NCBI RefSeq assembly: GCF_009914755.1
Contig: NC_060927.1
Direction: 5' to 3' (one strand)
From: the human T2T-CHM13v2.0 reference genome, Homo sapiens
Length of the DNA stretch: 64,000 nucleotides
In this document: piece by piece, positions 1 to 14,579 of the stretch
How positions within the stretch are numbered: the first letter of the stretch is position 1
How the letters are laid out: every line of letters begins with the position of its first letter
Position numbers and translations under genes: made by a program
Notes under the pieces: generated by a model
The model's input: the letters and a program-made list of their open reading frames with translations, nothing else
Databases searched by the model: none
Told to the model about the DNA's origin: nothing

Positions 1-1680
1 CTCAGCAGGAAGTGCCATAGGTAGCAGTCTGTTCATTTTAACTCCCTGCCCCGCCCCCCCCGCCCCTAGCACTAGTAGCTGGATTCAAATTCCAGAGCTT
101 TCTTGTCAGAATCACTATGGCTGTTGTATTGCTCTAGTTAGGTCTCTTTCTACTCATAAATGCATTTGAAAAAAAATTAGTATTAAAGTATCACTTGAGG
201 CAACTCAGGCCTTTTAAAACTATTACTAACATTTTAAAAAAGAGTTCCACTGAATTACCATTAACTCATTCCCCTTGCACATATAAATTCCTAGTCATCT
301 TTCTGTAAGGTCCTAATTGGAGATAGAGGCAGCAAGAGCTATTTAAGAGAATGTGGTAAGGAGAATCTCATTGCTCCTTGCCACTAGGAGCAATGCATTT
401 ATGCCATAAATGTGAAAAACATATTTGGTTACCTTTCCTTTACAGAAGCCTACTTAGTATACCTGGTCTCATCTCAAAAATTCTGAGTTACTAGGATGTC
501 TTGACAACTTCATGCTGTTTTAAATCTACATAAAGAATAACACTTTAAGAAAATTATTGTGAAATGTATTAAGCACAGACTATGTATAGCACTCTTCGGT
601 ACTGTGGAAAGGTGGATACTGAGAAAAGAGAAAATTAAATGACTCCCTTAATAATCAAGTCTAGGTTGGAAGTTGATTTGAACTATGTACTTACACAGCT
701 AAAAGCAAATTTCAGGTAGTATATACATGCAGAAGTATAAGTTTGTATGTACCTGTGTAGAAAGAACGCAATGCAAGGGAAAATCATTTGGGGCATGTTA
801 TATTTGAGATGGGTAGTTCTATTTTAAGCACAATTTCAGTAACATCCTCAAGTATATTATTCATCAAATAGAAGTAAACCCTCTCCATTATTTATATAAA
901 ATAGATTTGAGTCCTAAGTGAGCAGGCATATCTGCCCTTAGATATAGTGTTCTCATTTCTCTGTCTTTAAACAAAACCTCCAGGGATCCTGCTTAATCTC
1001 AGTGCATGGTGTGATCATCACTGTAGCTGTACCTCACCAGTCAGGTTTGAATTTCTGGAGTCATATAGTAACTCTGCTACCAGTATGGACCCAATTCCTT
1101 TCCCTATCCTCTCTGCCTACCTAAATCCTGCATATCTGTTAAGTCCTATATAAAAACTACCTCTAAAATTTTTCCTTATTATCCCCATCTCTCATATATT
1201 CTTTGAATTCCTATGGAATTTGAGGGAGTATCATGTATTTCATTTTATGAGTCTGCCAAGACTGATCACCAGAGGTAGGCAATGAATTGTGGGCATGTAG
1301 GAGTGGGGATAAGGATGAAAAAGGCATCCTGTATCATTTTAATCACACCTCCCTGTGCTCATACAATTTTCCTCTTAGTTTTATATGTTCTTGGTGTGGG
1401 AATAAGGATGGGAGTGGGCATATAAGAATCTACTCAAAGGCATGAAATTTTTATATTGATCAGTAAGGGACATAGATTCAAAGGGTTGTAGGACAATTAG
1501 ATGGTCATTCCGAATTGGTTTTGCTCTGAGCTCTGCAGTGTGAACATATCTGAATACATCATATGATCTATGGGAACAAAACAGACTTTCTTGAGGCACA
1601 GCTTTCTTAATATATGTTGGCAGAATCTCTTTGCATAAATTTAGAAATTCTTATTTTATGCATTCTGCTTTCTTTCATAG

Positions 1681-1733
1681 GAATTCCAAAAAAGAACTAA
1701 ATGATATTCGATTTGAATTTACTCCTGGGAGAG
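1681..1733 (+). CDS. OXSR1: OXSR1 (OSR1 STE20-family kinase) internal coding exon, C-terminal CCT/PF2 domain
   Basis: ttcatag|G-AAT-TCC...GGG-AGA-G|gtgagg encodes (R)NSKKELNDIRFEFTPGR, which matches the OSR1 C-terminus; phase is compatible with the next exon. Confidence 0.95.
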
Positions 1734-1949
1734 GTGAGGCATCAAATGGATTGAAAACAAAATAGCTTCCAATTTGTGATTCAATGAAATGTGTTGTGAA
1801 GTTTCTGTCCTTTGTGAAGTTTTGCTTTTAAAGGATAATAAAAATTTTCCTGGTTTTGGCGAGTATATGAGTGAGATAAAAATGCAGTTCGTTGACTACT
1901 AAACACATTTAGAAAACCTTGTATAATAATACAAACAGTAATAAATATA

Positions 1950-2165
1950 TGATAGCTCTTTACAGCTTACTATAGGCCAGGCATTGTCTTAAGCGTTATC
2001 TTATTAAATTCTCACAGCAGTCTACTAAGGAAAAATTATTATCCCCATAGTATCGATGATGAAATCAAGACTTAAAGGCAAAGTAACTTGTTCAAGGTCA
2101 CACAGCTGGAAAGAGGTATAGCTGGAATTCAAACCAGATCTGTCAGAATCCAAAGTTCATTCTTT
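1950..2165 (-). mobile_element. MIR SINE
   Basis: MIR core (attatccccat...gatgatgaaatcaagac...aagtaacttgttcaaggtcacacagct...gaattcaaacc). Confidence 0.7.
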
Positions 2166-3117
2166 ATACATGGTTGTTCTCCATGATGGTAAAGAAACAA
2201 GGTCTGCAGTCTCCTCTCTCCTCAGACAGAAGCTGAGGTCTGTCATGTACTGTTTCTGGCTGTTGAACTTCACCTTGAACAAGGTGTGTTTTGTTTCTTG
2301 CCTTTATTACTCAGTGTTCTAATTTGGGGAGTAGCCAGCAAGTATCTGTTCTGTGTATCATGCTTATTCTTCTTGCTGTCTCACTATCATGAGCAACTAA
2401 CCACTAAAGAGAAAAGATGCAGGTGTACAGAGGTGTCACCTGTTTTACTTTTTAAACACCAGGCAACATCACATTTTCAGGAATTAATTCAAATTGCTGG
2501 TTGCCTGTGTGAATGTGTGGACACTGTCTCCACCGCAGTCCTCCTGTTCCCTCTGAGGGGCTCATTTTCAAGCCCTTGGCAACCAATACCACTGAGTTGG
2601 TTGAAGATGAGGTTAATTGGGGATATTCTGTCCTCATCTTTTTAGTTTCTGGTTATACCCATTGCTCAGATTGTACCACCTGGAATAACTAGATAAGAAG
2701 AAAAGCCCACCAGAATAAAAAAGTAAATGATTTTAGCAAAAAACTTGGAGTATGATTCCCAAAGAGAAGAGACAAAAATTTTTTGAGACAAAAATTGTTG
2801 CCTTAGTTTTTGAGAATAAATCATTCTGGTTTTTTAGCCCTAGAGATGTTCAGTATTCAACATCATGTCTCAGATATTTGCTACCTGGTTTATACAGATT
2901 CTGCCCTCTAGCTAGATCTGTGAGAATTCCACTTGAGATAATCTCAGTGGTAGGAAAAGTCTTTGTATGGAAGGAAGGCCCTGCCTGCCTTCTTGGTTCT
3001 GTGGATTTAGCATCCAGCTTGGGCCTAGCATGGCACACTGACACCCACATGAGCTGTGAGAGTTAACAGTGGCAAGCACGCACAAAAAACAGAGCACTGT
3101 CTTCTTTGTCCTTGCAG

Positions 3118-3186
3118 ATACAGCAGAGGGTGTCTCTCAGGAACTCATTTCTGCTGGCCTGGTCGACGGAAGGGATTTAGTAATAG
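3118..3186 (+). CDS. OXSR1: OXSR1 coding exon
   Basis: ttgcag|AT-ACA...ATA-G|gtaact encodes DTAEGVSQELISAGLVDGRDLVI. Confidence 0.95.
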
Positions 3187-3619
3187 GTAACTCCATTGCG
3201 TTCTGCTCATGTGCTCCTGTGTCTCTGTCTGTATACTTAGTACATAGAAAAGCAGGTTTTTTATTCCACTGAGTAGGTCTGATGGTTCTTGAAATGGTTC
3301 TTGGCTTTCCTGAAATTATAGGTAATGGGACAGTTCCTTACACACACACAAAATTTCACCTCTGAGTTTGCTTTGTGACCTCCAATGATGGTAAGTGAAA
3401 GCACACCCAAGGTCTTTAGGAGATTAATAGAAATTATGGCAAAAGTCACAAGTTAAAGTAAGCTTGGCCATATCTGATCTGTTTTGGATACCTAATTTTT
3501 GTGGCCCAAGTTGAGCAAAAGTCATTAGAGATTTAGTACTAGAAAAGCAGGAAGGAAGAGAGAAGGCCCAGTGAGGCCACAGGTCCATGTTACTGAAGGA
3601 AAAGACCATGTCCTTAGAC

Positions 3620-3750
3620 ACAGTTTTCCGTGAAAAACCAGATAATAAATAGTTTAGGCCTTGCGGGCCATGTACAGTGTCTGTCACTTTTAAACCACTC
3701 TTAGCTTGCCGGAGAACAAAAACAGACCACAGGCTGGTTTGTTGACTTCT
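3620..3750. mobile_element. MER58-like hAT DNA transposon fragment
   Basis: ccagataataaatagtttaggccttgcgggccat motif typical of MER58 (recall). Confidence 0.45.
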
Positions 3751-4042
3751 GGCCTTGGGCTTTCTGATCCATAAATCAGGAAATCATACCTCTTTTACCT
3801 GCATGTTTTTCCTAGGTTAATACAACATTTTAAAGAAAGTTAATTTGACAGTGGTTCAAGGTGTACTACTCAGAAATGAGTTTAAAAGACACTTTCATTA
3901 GGGGAGTGATTATTTGATCTGTCTGCTTCCATTTTGATTGTACGGAGCATATTCTTAACTACCATTTAAGCTTTTAAAATATGGTTGAAAGTGGATTTAT
4001 GTAACTTCTCATTCATTACCTTCTCTGTTTGTATGATTACAG

Positions 4043-4107
4043 TGGCAGCTAATTTGCAGAAAATTGTGGAAGAACCTCAGTCAAATCGATCTGTCACTTT
4101 CAAACTG
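4043..4107 (+). CDS. OXSR1: OXSR1 penultimate coding exon
   Basis: ttacag|TG-GCA...AAA-CTG|gtactc encodes VAANLQKIVEEPQSNRSVTFKL. Confidence 0.95.
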
Positions 4108-4531
4108 GTACTCATCCCTTCTTCCTTGTGAAAACATCTTGCCTTTTATACACTGGCAGCTTCTCCAGACCAGCTTCTATATCCCCTGAGTGATGAGAAT
4201 ATTAAAATGTGGTGGATTGTGTTCATTTAGCCTCCCCAGTGCCCTGGGCTGATGTTTCCCTTTGAGTGGCCACTCTTCCTCTGTCCATGCCAGGAAACCT
4301 CTGACCCCAGAGACCCTTGGCTATTCATAAGAGAAACTATTAGCCAGTCTGACTCTAGCTGTTTACCCAGCCCCCCTCTTTTCTGGAATAAACACCTTCG
4401 TCAGTCTCCTATTTGTATCCTAGGGACCTGTTGCCCACTGCCTACCTTCCCACTATCCCATGTCTGTTTTATTTGCTACCTGCAAGTTTGTTTATAAATA
4501 ATCACAGTTTCTCATTTTGTTTGGTTCTTAG

Positions 4532-4606
4532 GCATCTGGTGTCGAAGGCTCAGATATTCCTGATGATGGTAAACTGATAGGATTTGCCCAGCTCAGCATC
4601 AGCTAA
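4532..4606 (+). CDS. OXSR1: OXSR1 last coding exon to stop
   Basis: ttcttag|GCA-TCT...AGC-TAA encodes ASGVEGSDIPDDGKLIGFAQLSIS*. Confidence 0.95.
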   Translation, partial: ASGVEGSDIPDDGKLIGFAQLSIS

Positions 4607-7205
4607 ACCACAACCCTGGAAGAGGCGGCCTAAGGAGATTCCACACATGCGTATCTCTGTTGCTTCTATTGGCCTAAACCCACTACTGCCAAAGAACCCA
4701 GCAACAAACCTCCCGGCTAGGAGCTTTAGAAGTCTTTATGTTCTTCCTGCCATCATTCCTCCTTTTCCCACAGGGAAAGAAAAGTTGGATCACTAGTGGC
4801 CAGCATCCCCAGAGTTCCGTTAGTAAACTTACTTCATATGTCCCCTGTCTTCCTCCATCTGAGAAGTGGCCCATGTGCTTCAAGGCCCAGGAGGGAGATC
4901 TGTCAGCTCATTCTTGCCTTACTCCAATGATGGCCCAGGTGGAAAAGTAGCAGCTGTATCGGGCTTCCTCATCCTGCCTGTTCCCCCACACCTGCCAGGA
5001 TATGGACATCTTGGGATATCTCTTTACCACTGAAGTAGAATTGATTGTTCAGCTGGAGCCCAGAGAATTTAATTTAATGTTTTTTCTTTGTACCTGATGT
5101 GAATTCTAGCAACCTTTGTTAGGAAAAAGCACAGCCTCAGATGGAGGCAGCCTAAACTGTGTTCTTGTTTTGTTCATGGTGTTTCTAAGCGTTTTGCTGA
5201 AGCTGCTCTCAGGCACCCCCTTCTTCATTGCTCTCTCCAGAAAGGGTTGCTAGCCTTAACTTCAGCTGGTGCAAAACATCTGACTGTAGCCGAACTTCAG
5301 CCATCAGATCCTTCAAAGTGGAACTTTGGATTGTTTTTACAGACAACATCGAGTAATGGCTTGTAAATGTGAATTTTGCCAGAGGTGGTTTTTGAACAGG
5401 AAAATCATAATTCATATCATTGGAGAAGTATTTATTTTCAAATATCAAATTGAAGAAAAACTCAATCCTCCCATGAAAATCAGTTCGCCTGGCCTCCAAG
5501 TCGTGAGGAAATGGGTATGCAAGGCTGAGATTTCTACAGCAATAAAGGAGACACACACTGGGCCAGAGAGGCCTGCCTTCTGCCTGCTCTCCTGCACTGA
5601 CCCTTTGGAGGGGGTCTCTGTGTGCTGAAGCTAACTCAAGATGGAAAGTGAAACCACATGTGCCGTGACCTTTAGGTTTTATGAGTAGACAGTGTTCATT
5701 TGATTTTCTACAGAAATAATATAAATTATTCTTTAGGTTTAAAAAAGAGCACTCATAATGCAATATGTGAATAATCAGTGAGGTTGATTTTTCTTTTTTC
5801 CTACCGTTTCATAGTCTTTGTCTAACTGCTAGTAACCCTACCGAGTTTTATATATGAGTGGGATACTCAATCTGGCCTTAAAAAGATACACAAAGATGGG
5901 CTGTGGGTCCCTGGAAAGGGGGAGAGTTGCCCTTTACAGAATCACTCGAGCCCTTTCCAGCACTGTTGGTCTGATGAACAAGGTTGTTTTACCTTATTTT
6001 CTCTTGGAACATATCTGAAAACCTTCCCCACAAATAACTTGTCACACCTTTTGTTTCATTCTGAGTCTTTAGTTTTAGTCATGGGCTTTCTTCACCTGCT
6101 CTAGGTGCAAAGGCATGTTGGGAAAGAGATGGATGTTGGGGAGGAAGAGAGGAGATGGATTTCAGTTGGGAGTTAGGAGGAGAGTAGGTGAGATGATCAG
6201 ACACCGGAGTTCAACGTCCCAGCAGTCTTGGTAAAAGGAGGGAGCCTGCTGAGCCAGGAGGGAGAAAAGAAGATTGACCAGCTTGCTAGAAAAATACTTA
6301 GCTTTTCTTTTTCTTTTTTTGTGGAGGGGGGACGGAGAGGAACAAGGATGGGGAGGTAGGAATGAGGTATAGAAAAGAGATAGCATCTTCTTTGGCACAA
6401 GACTAGTGGCTTACCGCTTACCTTAGAGTTTTGTTTTTTTTTTTTCAAACCCATCAAAATCTACTTATTTATGAATCCAAGGGGTGGCAGCATCACTCTG
6501 TTCTAGCATTCTTTGTGGAGATGGTCTGGTGCCTAGCTGGGAGTGAGCAGCAGCCCATCCCCTGTTCACTTTCTCTAGCCCATCATTACCTGTGAACTGC
6601 AGTGGGGCAGTCATGGCAAATAGAATTGGGCTGGGGTTTCTCCTTCTTTTCAGTTCATTGTTTGCCCTGCTAGGAATTAGAAGACAGACACCATGTCCCA
6701 GGACAGTGTTACTTCTTCTGCATGATGTGTGGTAGACTCCCTTTGCTGGCTTGTGCAGTGATACTGAGAAAATACATGAACAGAAACTGCCCAGGTGGAA
6801 CAGCACGTAACCTAGTGAGTGACTGTACTCCTTTCTAGGAATGCTGATTCAGAGTGCACCTCTTTGACTAGGTCCCAGGATCCCCTTGTCCCTGGAGTAG
6901 GGACTAACTATAGCACAAAGTAATATGTGCCAATGCTATTTGTGAAATGTTTGGTCTTTCTAAACGACTAAAGGATTTGTTGGGTTTTTGCTTAAGTTTT
7001 GAACCAAATCCTAGAGCCAGCTGATAATATTTAATAATCTGGAGGAGAGAATAATGATGTACCAATAAGTGGAGATTCCTCCTTATGATGTATGCTAGGT
7101 TATGGAAGATGTAAAATATTCAACTTTTTCCTCCTTTTTTTGGACTTTGTATTTTACTGCATGTTTTCTTCATTTTTAATCAATAAAGAGTAAATTGTCC
7201 TTAGT
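4607..7205 (+). other. OXSR1: OXSR1 3' UTR (about 2.6 kb)
   Basis: Repeat-poor sequence after the stop codon, ending at a U-rich stretch plus AATAAA followed by GT-rich sequence; 3' end approximate. Confidence 0.75.
7182..7187 (+). terminator. OXSR1 distal polyadenylation signal AATAAA
   Basis: AATAAA preceded by a U-rich upstream element (TGTA, T tracts) and followed by GT/T-rich sequence. Confidence 0.75.
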
Positions 7206-10200
7206 GGTGTATGGACGCTTTATTTTAGTGGCCGTTGGCGGAGAGCTGTGGGTTGTGGGTCAAGGAATCACCACCAACTTTAATTGTTCATGCGAATAGA
7301 AGCCAAAGTACATATAAACTGTAAAGTGTGTCTGTTGATCTACAAATTATCTAGAACCATTAAAGCCATTATATAGTTGGGGAAACTGCAACCCTAAAAG
7401 GGAGGGATGAGATCAGCCCAAGGAATTGGATAGGATGGGATATGGAACTCCTTTTATTATCTTTTGATCTTTTTTAAATCTTTGGTTTTGCTTATGCTGT
7501 TGGGCAAGGAAGGATGCCAGATTCAAGCCCTTGGGAGTCTCTTTCGAAAGTTCAGAACAGGGCTGAACTTATCTCTTCTTGGCTTTGATATTGCAATGGT
7601 GAAGTTACATGTAAGATTCTAGGCTCCTTTGTATTCCTGTTATCCTCCCACTGCAGGAGGAATCTTCCCTCATCATCTGCCCTTCCCAACAGCAGTGGCT
7701 TTTGATCCATGATAACACTGCTTGTGGGTCCTGGTATTTCAGAGCTCAGGGCTGTGGAGCCTTGGAGTTGACAATACTGTTTGGCCTACAGCTAGTTGAG
7801 TTTGCTTTCAAGATAAGCAAGTTATAAAAGTGGAATCAAACTATTGTGGGGATAGGAAGGAGGTGCTTGTTACTCATAAGTGACCATGGTATATCTGGAG
7901 GGAAGGGAAGGGGTCAAGGGCAAATTGAGCTTCCACTTGCCCATTCTTTCTGACAAGATCAGGTTGTATCACTAGGCTTGGTTCCTTAGCTTTATTTGTT
8001 TGGCAGCAATACTCAGTGCATCCATTCAGGGATTCCCCCTTTGGGTCAGGTCATCTACCCCAAGGTTTTTTTTTTTTTCTTTAATGGACTTTAATTTTTA
8101 GAGCAGTTTTAGTTTCACAATAAAATTGAGTAGAAATTACAGAGTTCCCACACACCTCCTAACTCCACCCACAAACAGCCTCCACTACTGTCAACATCCC
8201 CCACTAGAGTAGTACATTTGATACAATTGAGTGTACATTGACACACTATTATCACCCAAAGTCCATAGTTTACATTAGGGTTCACTCTTGGTGTTGTATG
8301 TTCTATGGGTTTTGACAAATATATAGTGACATATATCCACCATTACAGTATCATACAGAATAGTTTCACTGCTTTAAACTTCTGTGCTACCTGTTCCTCC
8401 CTCCCACCCCCACTAGTCTGTGAGAACCACTGATCTTTTTACTGTCTTTTGCCTTTTCCAAAGTGTCATATAGTTAGAATCAAACAGTATGTAGCCTTTT
8501 CAGATTTTCCTCTTTTACTTAGTAATATGCGTTTCAGTTTCCTCAATGATTTTTCATAGCTTGATAGCACATTTCTTTTCAACATAGAATAATACTCCAT
8601 TGTCTGTACCTCAGTTTATTCATTTACCCACTGAAGGACACCTTGATTGTTTCCAAATTTTGGCAATTATGAATAAAGCTGCAGTAAACATCTGAGGGCA
8701 GATATTTGTGTAGACAGTTGAAAACAGCAACAGCTTATTTGGATAAACTCCAAGGAGCATGATTACTGGATCATGGGTAAGGCTATGTTTTGTAAGAAAC
8801 TACCAAAACTTGTGGCTGTACCATTTTGTATTCCCACCAGCAGTGGATGAGAGTTCCTGTTACTCCACATCTTTAACAGCATTTGGTGGTGTTATTGGTA
8901 TTTTGGATTTGGCCATTCTAATAGGTGTGTAGTGATACCTCTTTTTAATTTGCAACTTCCTAATGACATTTGCATCTTTTCATATCCTTATTTGCTATCT
9001 GCATATCTTCTTTGGTGAGGTGTGTGCTCAGGTCCTTTGCCCTCTCCACTTCCCCCCTAATTTTAACTTTTTATTTTGAAATAATCTCAGACTTACAAAA
9101 AAAATTACAAAAACAATACAAAGAATTCCCCTATACCCATCTCCCAACTTCCCCAAATGTTAACATCTTACATAACTACTTACAATTATCAAAATCAGGA
9201 AATTAACATTGATATATTATTGACTAGTCTACAGACGTTATGCAAAAGTTGTCAATTGCCCCACTACTACTCTTTTTCTGGTCCGACGATTCAATTCAGG
9301 ATCTCACATTGTATTTAATTGTTATAATTCCTTAGACTTTTTCAGTCTGGGATAGCTCCTTGTGTGTCTTTGTTCTCATGGCCTTCACACTTTTGAAAAA
9401 TGACGGGTAGTTGTTTTGCAGAATGACTCAATTTGGATTTATCTGATGTCTCATGATTAAATTCAGGCTATGCATTTAGAGAAAGAAAACCACTGAATTG
9501 ATGTCAGGCTCTTTGCAATTCATCATCAGGAAGCACACCATGTAAACATCTCATTAGTGGTTATGTTAACTAATCACTTGGTTAAGGTGTGTCTGCTAGA
9601 TTTCTCTACTGTAAAGTTACATTTTTCCTCTTATAATTAATTAATGTTTTGTGAGGAGGTAGTTTGAGATTATATAAATCTTGTTACTCATCATACTTTG
9701 CTTAAAAATGTTAGCATTCTTTGATGATTCTTACCTAACAATTATAACTGTGATATTTGCTAAATAATTTTTTTCTTTTTTGTTTTAAATTAACTGTCCC
9801 AGATTCTGACTAAATGAAGATTTTCTGTTTCCATCATTTCTTCTACATTTATTAATTGGAATTCTACTGTGAGGAGGAGCTTTCCCTTTTCCCTCACTAT
9901 GTGTGAGTTCAATTATTTACTTATGTAAGCATGACTTGCCAACAGAATATATTATACTTGTTAATTTTTGATGAACTGTTGGGGAGAAATGATATCCTGG
10001 TGTTGGTTTCTTTAATTATATGTGAGGTTGGAAGGTTAAAGGGGCATTTATAGTTAATGGACTTTTGCTTATTTTAAAATCAGGTTATTTTTCTTATTGA
10101 GTTTTAACAGTTCTTTGTATAGTTTTGTTAACAGTCTTTTATCAGATATGCCTTTTGCAAATATTTTCTCCCAGTCTGTGGCTTATCTTCTTGTTCTCTT

Positions 10201-11154
10201 AACAGTGTCTTTCACAGAGCAGATGCATTTAATTGTAATAAAGTCCAGCTTACCAATTTTTCTTTCATGGAGCACATCTTTGGTGTTGTAACTAAAAAGT
10301 CATTACTATGCCCGAGGTCATCAAGGTTTTCTCCTGTTATCTTCTAAGGATTTTATAGTTTTGCATTTTCTGTTTGGGTCTGTGATTCATTTTGAGTTAA
10401 TTTTTGTGAAGGGTGTAAGATTGTTTGTAGAGTCAGTTTTTTTGCATGTGGATGTCCACTGTAATAGTGGACTCATCTGTTTCTCCTTCTACTTCTATCA
10501 GTTTTTGCCTGACATGTTTTGATGCTCTGTTTTTAGGTACATACACATTGAGGATTGTTACATCTTCTTGGAAAATTGACTCCATTAAGTAATGTCCCTC
10601 TTTATCCCTGGTAACTTTACTTGGTCTGAGCTACTCCTACTATCTTTTGATTAGTGTTGCATGGTATATTTTTCTCCATTTCTTTACTTTTAATCTATAT
10701 GTGTCTATGTTTCTTGTTGAAAACATATAGTTTTGGGTCTTGGGTTTTTTGATCCACACTGACTACCTCTGCCTTTTTGTTGATGTTTTTAATACCGATG
10801 GCATGTAAAGTGATCAACTATTGATACAGTTGGACTAACACTTATTATAGTTTTCTATTTGTTGCCCTTGTTCCTCAAACTTATTTTTGTCTTCTACTCT
10901 TTTTCTGCCTTTTGTAGTTTTAATCGAGAATTTTATATGATTTTATTTTCTCCCTTTTCTTAGCATACTAATTATACTTCTTTTTTATCTTTGTTTAGTA
11001 GTTGACTAGAGTTTGCAATGTATATTTCTAACTAATTTAAGTCTCTTTTCAAATAACACTATACTGTTTCACAGGTAGTACCAATACAAAATAATCCTGT
11101 TTCCTCCCTCTCATCGTTTATGTTATTGCTGTCATTCATTTCAGTTACACATAA

Positions 11155-11201
<47 letters not shown>

Positions 11202-11585
11202 AGCAAAGATAATCTAATTTGCTGCTATTTTGAAGAAAATGTTATCTTTTAGGTCAATTATGTTTAAGTAAAATAAACATTTTTTTTTACCTTCACTTAT
11301 TTCTTCTCTAATACTCTTCATTTCTTTATGTACTTCTGAGTTTCTGACCTATGTAATTTTCCTACTCACTGAAGATCTTCTTTTAACATTTCTTGCAAAG
11401 CAGGTCTACTTGTAACAAATTACCCCAGTTTTTGTTTCCCTGAGAAAGTCTCTATTTCTCTACCGCTTTGGGGGGATAATTACACAGGATACAGGATTCT
11501 AAGTTGGTGGGGCTTTTTTCTCTGAGCACTTTAAATATTTCACTCCACTTTCTTCTTGCTTATGTGGTTTCTGAGGAGAAGCTGA

Positions 11586-11850
<265 letters not shown>

Positions 11851-12414
11851 ATGTAATTCTTATCTTTACTCCTCTACAGTAAGATGTGTTTTTTCCTTCT
11901 GGCTTTTTCAGGATTTTTCTTTATCTTTTATTTTCTGTAGTTTGAAAATGAGATGCCTACGTGTAGTTTTTTTAGCATTTATTCTACTTGGTGTTCTCTA
12001 AGCTTCCTGGGTCTGTGGTTTGGTGACCAACATTAATTTGGGGAAATCCTCAATCATTATTATTTCAAATATTTCATTTGTTCCTTTTTCTTTCTTCTCC
12101 TAGAATTCCCATTGCACATGTTATACCTTTCGTAGTTTTTCTGTAGTTCTTGGTTATTCTCTGTTTTTCGCCTTTCAGTCTTTTTTCTTCTTGCTTTTCA
12201 GTTTTGGCTGTTTTTATGTGATATCCTCAAGCTCAGAGATTCTTTCCTCAGGCATGTCCAGTCTACCAGTAGGCCCATCAAAGGCATTCTTCATTTCTGT
12301 TGCAGTGTTTTTGATCCCTAGCATTTCTATTCGGTTCTTAGAAGGTTAATCTCTCGCTTACACTGCCCATCTGTTCTTGTATGCTGTCTACTTTCCATTA
12401 GAGCCTTTAGCATC

Positions 12415-13516
12415 TGTGGGATGTGTGTGTGTGTGTGTGTGTGTGTATGTTTTGTCCATGGTTCCTGGCTCATAACTCCCATAAACCCTAGTTACAGTAA
12501 ACAGAATCTCTCTTTCTTACCTTCTCCAGCCTCCTTTCCTCTGCCCAAGGCAGGACTCTAATCTGATTGTGGGTCATAAAAGGTCCTCATTCCAGAGGGG
12601 GACCTGCCCTATATACTGGAAGAAGGAATGCTACACAGAATGGTCAGAAAGAATCTGGACAGGCCTTGCTGGGTTTAGATCATACCCTTTTTGTACAATC
12701 ACGTTTTGACATGGTTGTCCATGCTTCTATTCATATCATGCCTATCGAATGAAGTCTCCACAAAAAAGCCCAAGAGGACAGGACTGGGGGCTTCTAGGGA
12801 GCTGAACACATGGAGGGTAACAAGGAAGGTGAACAAGAATTCATCCATGTGCTGGAAGCTAGGTGCAGTAGCACACACTTGTAATCCCAGCGACCTCAGG
12901 AAGCAGAGGTGGGAGGATCACTGGAGCCCAGGAATCTGAAGCTGCAATGAACTATGATTGTGTACTGCACTCCAGCCTGGGCAATACAGCAAGACCCTGT
13001 CTTAAAAAAAAGTCTACATGCTGGGAGGGTGGTGCACCCCAATTCCACAAGGACAGAAGTTCCTGTGCTTGGGACTCTTTCAGACCTCACCCTATGTATC
13101 TCTTCATCTAGTTGTTTATTTCTATCCTTTTAAATATTGTTTATAATAAATTGGTAAACATAAGCATTTCCTTGAGTTCTGTGAGCTGCTCTAGCAAATT
13201 AACCTAAAGAGGTGTCAGGGGAACCCCAACTTAAGGCGGGTCTGTCAGAAGTTCCAGAGGCCCAGACTTGCGACTGGTGTCTGAAAGTGGGAACGCCAGT
13301 CTTGGAGACCTAGCCTTCAACTTGTGGGGTCTGGTGCTATCTCCAAGTACATAGTGTTGGAATTGAATTGGAAGAAACCCAGCTGGTGTTGGCTACAGAA
13401 TTGATTGGTTGCCAGCTGGTGGGGAGAAATTCCCACATATTTGGGGGTCACAGAAGTCTTTGTTTTTAATTATCATGTTGGTGTGAGAGCAGAGGAAAAA
13501 TTGAGTTTTTCCTAAG
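12415..13516 (+). mobile_element. MER21-like solo LTR with internal Alu monomer (about 12858-13010)
   Basis: tgtggg start, ggttcctggctcataactcc and aataaattggtaaac...ttccttgagttctgtgagctgctctagcaaatt motifs; it splits the L1MC at gcat. Confidence 0.65.
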
Positions 13517-14005
13517 AGCATTTTAATCATAGTTGCTTTAAATTCCCAGTCTGGTAATTCCAACATGAATAACTCTTCTTAGATCTGTCAAAGACGTGAA
13601 GTCACAGGGCAAAACACTGCTCCAAAAACACTGCTAGATTTAAGTCTGGTTCTGATCTCTGCTGTGTCTCTTCAAACTGTGTTTTTGCCTTTTAGTATGC
13701 CTTGTAATCTTTTGTTGAAAGCTGGACATGATGTGTACTGGGTAAAGGGAATTCCAAGTAAATAGGTCTTTAATGATGTGGTAAAGTATGGGGAGAGGGA
13801 AAGCAGTCTATGGTCCTGCAATTAGGTCTCGGTCTTTTAGTGAGCCTGTGTCTCTGCATTGTGAACGTTACAAGTGCTTCTCAGTCTCCTACCCTCTATT
13901 AAGTGGGACAGGATGGCTAGAGCAGGCTTGAGTTGGGTCTTTCTCTTCCCCCAGGTAGGATAGGGTCTGATATAGGGCAAGCCTTGTTAAGAACAGAATA
14001 CTCTG

Positions 14006-14299
14006 GGCTGGGCACAGTGGCTCATGCCTGTAATCCTAGCACTTTGGGCAGCCGGGGTGGGTGGATCACAAGGTCAGGACAAGACCAGCCTGGCCAACAT
14101 AGTGAAACCCCATCTCTACTAAAAATACAAAAAATTAGCCGGGCATGGTGGCGGGCACCTGTAATCCCAGCTACTCGAGAGGCTGAGGCAGGAGAATTGC
14201 TTGAATCCGGTGGGGGCGGAGGTTGCAGTGAGCCGAGATTGTGCCATTGCACTCCAGTCCGGGAGACAGTGCGAGACTCCATCTCAAAAAAAAAAAAAA
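14006..14299 (+). mobile_element. Alu (S-type)
   Basis: Alu consensus, poly-A, TSD aacagaa(t/c)actctgg. Confidence 0.9.
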
Positions 14300-14579
14300 C
14301 AGAACACTCTGGCTTATTTCAAATGGTTACTTGCCTCTCCCTGCTGGAAGCATAAGAGAATTTTTCTTTGATATTCACTGTGTGAACCCAGTAGAGCTCT
14401 TGGAAGTAAAAGCCACAGAAATATGGAGGCCTTTCTCTGGAGTTCTTAACTCTCAGAGTAATCTACATTGAGTCTCCAGCAATTTGTCAGTTAAAGTTCA
14501 GGTTTTCTTATCCTGGTACTGGTTCCTGCAGAGGTTTCTTGTGGATTTCTGGTCCAGTAAATTGTAATTCTCTCTCTCC

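Noticed and set aside
5209-5763. 184-aa minus-strand ORF
   Set aside because: Antisense to the OXSR1 3' UTR with no recognisable domain; likely chance
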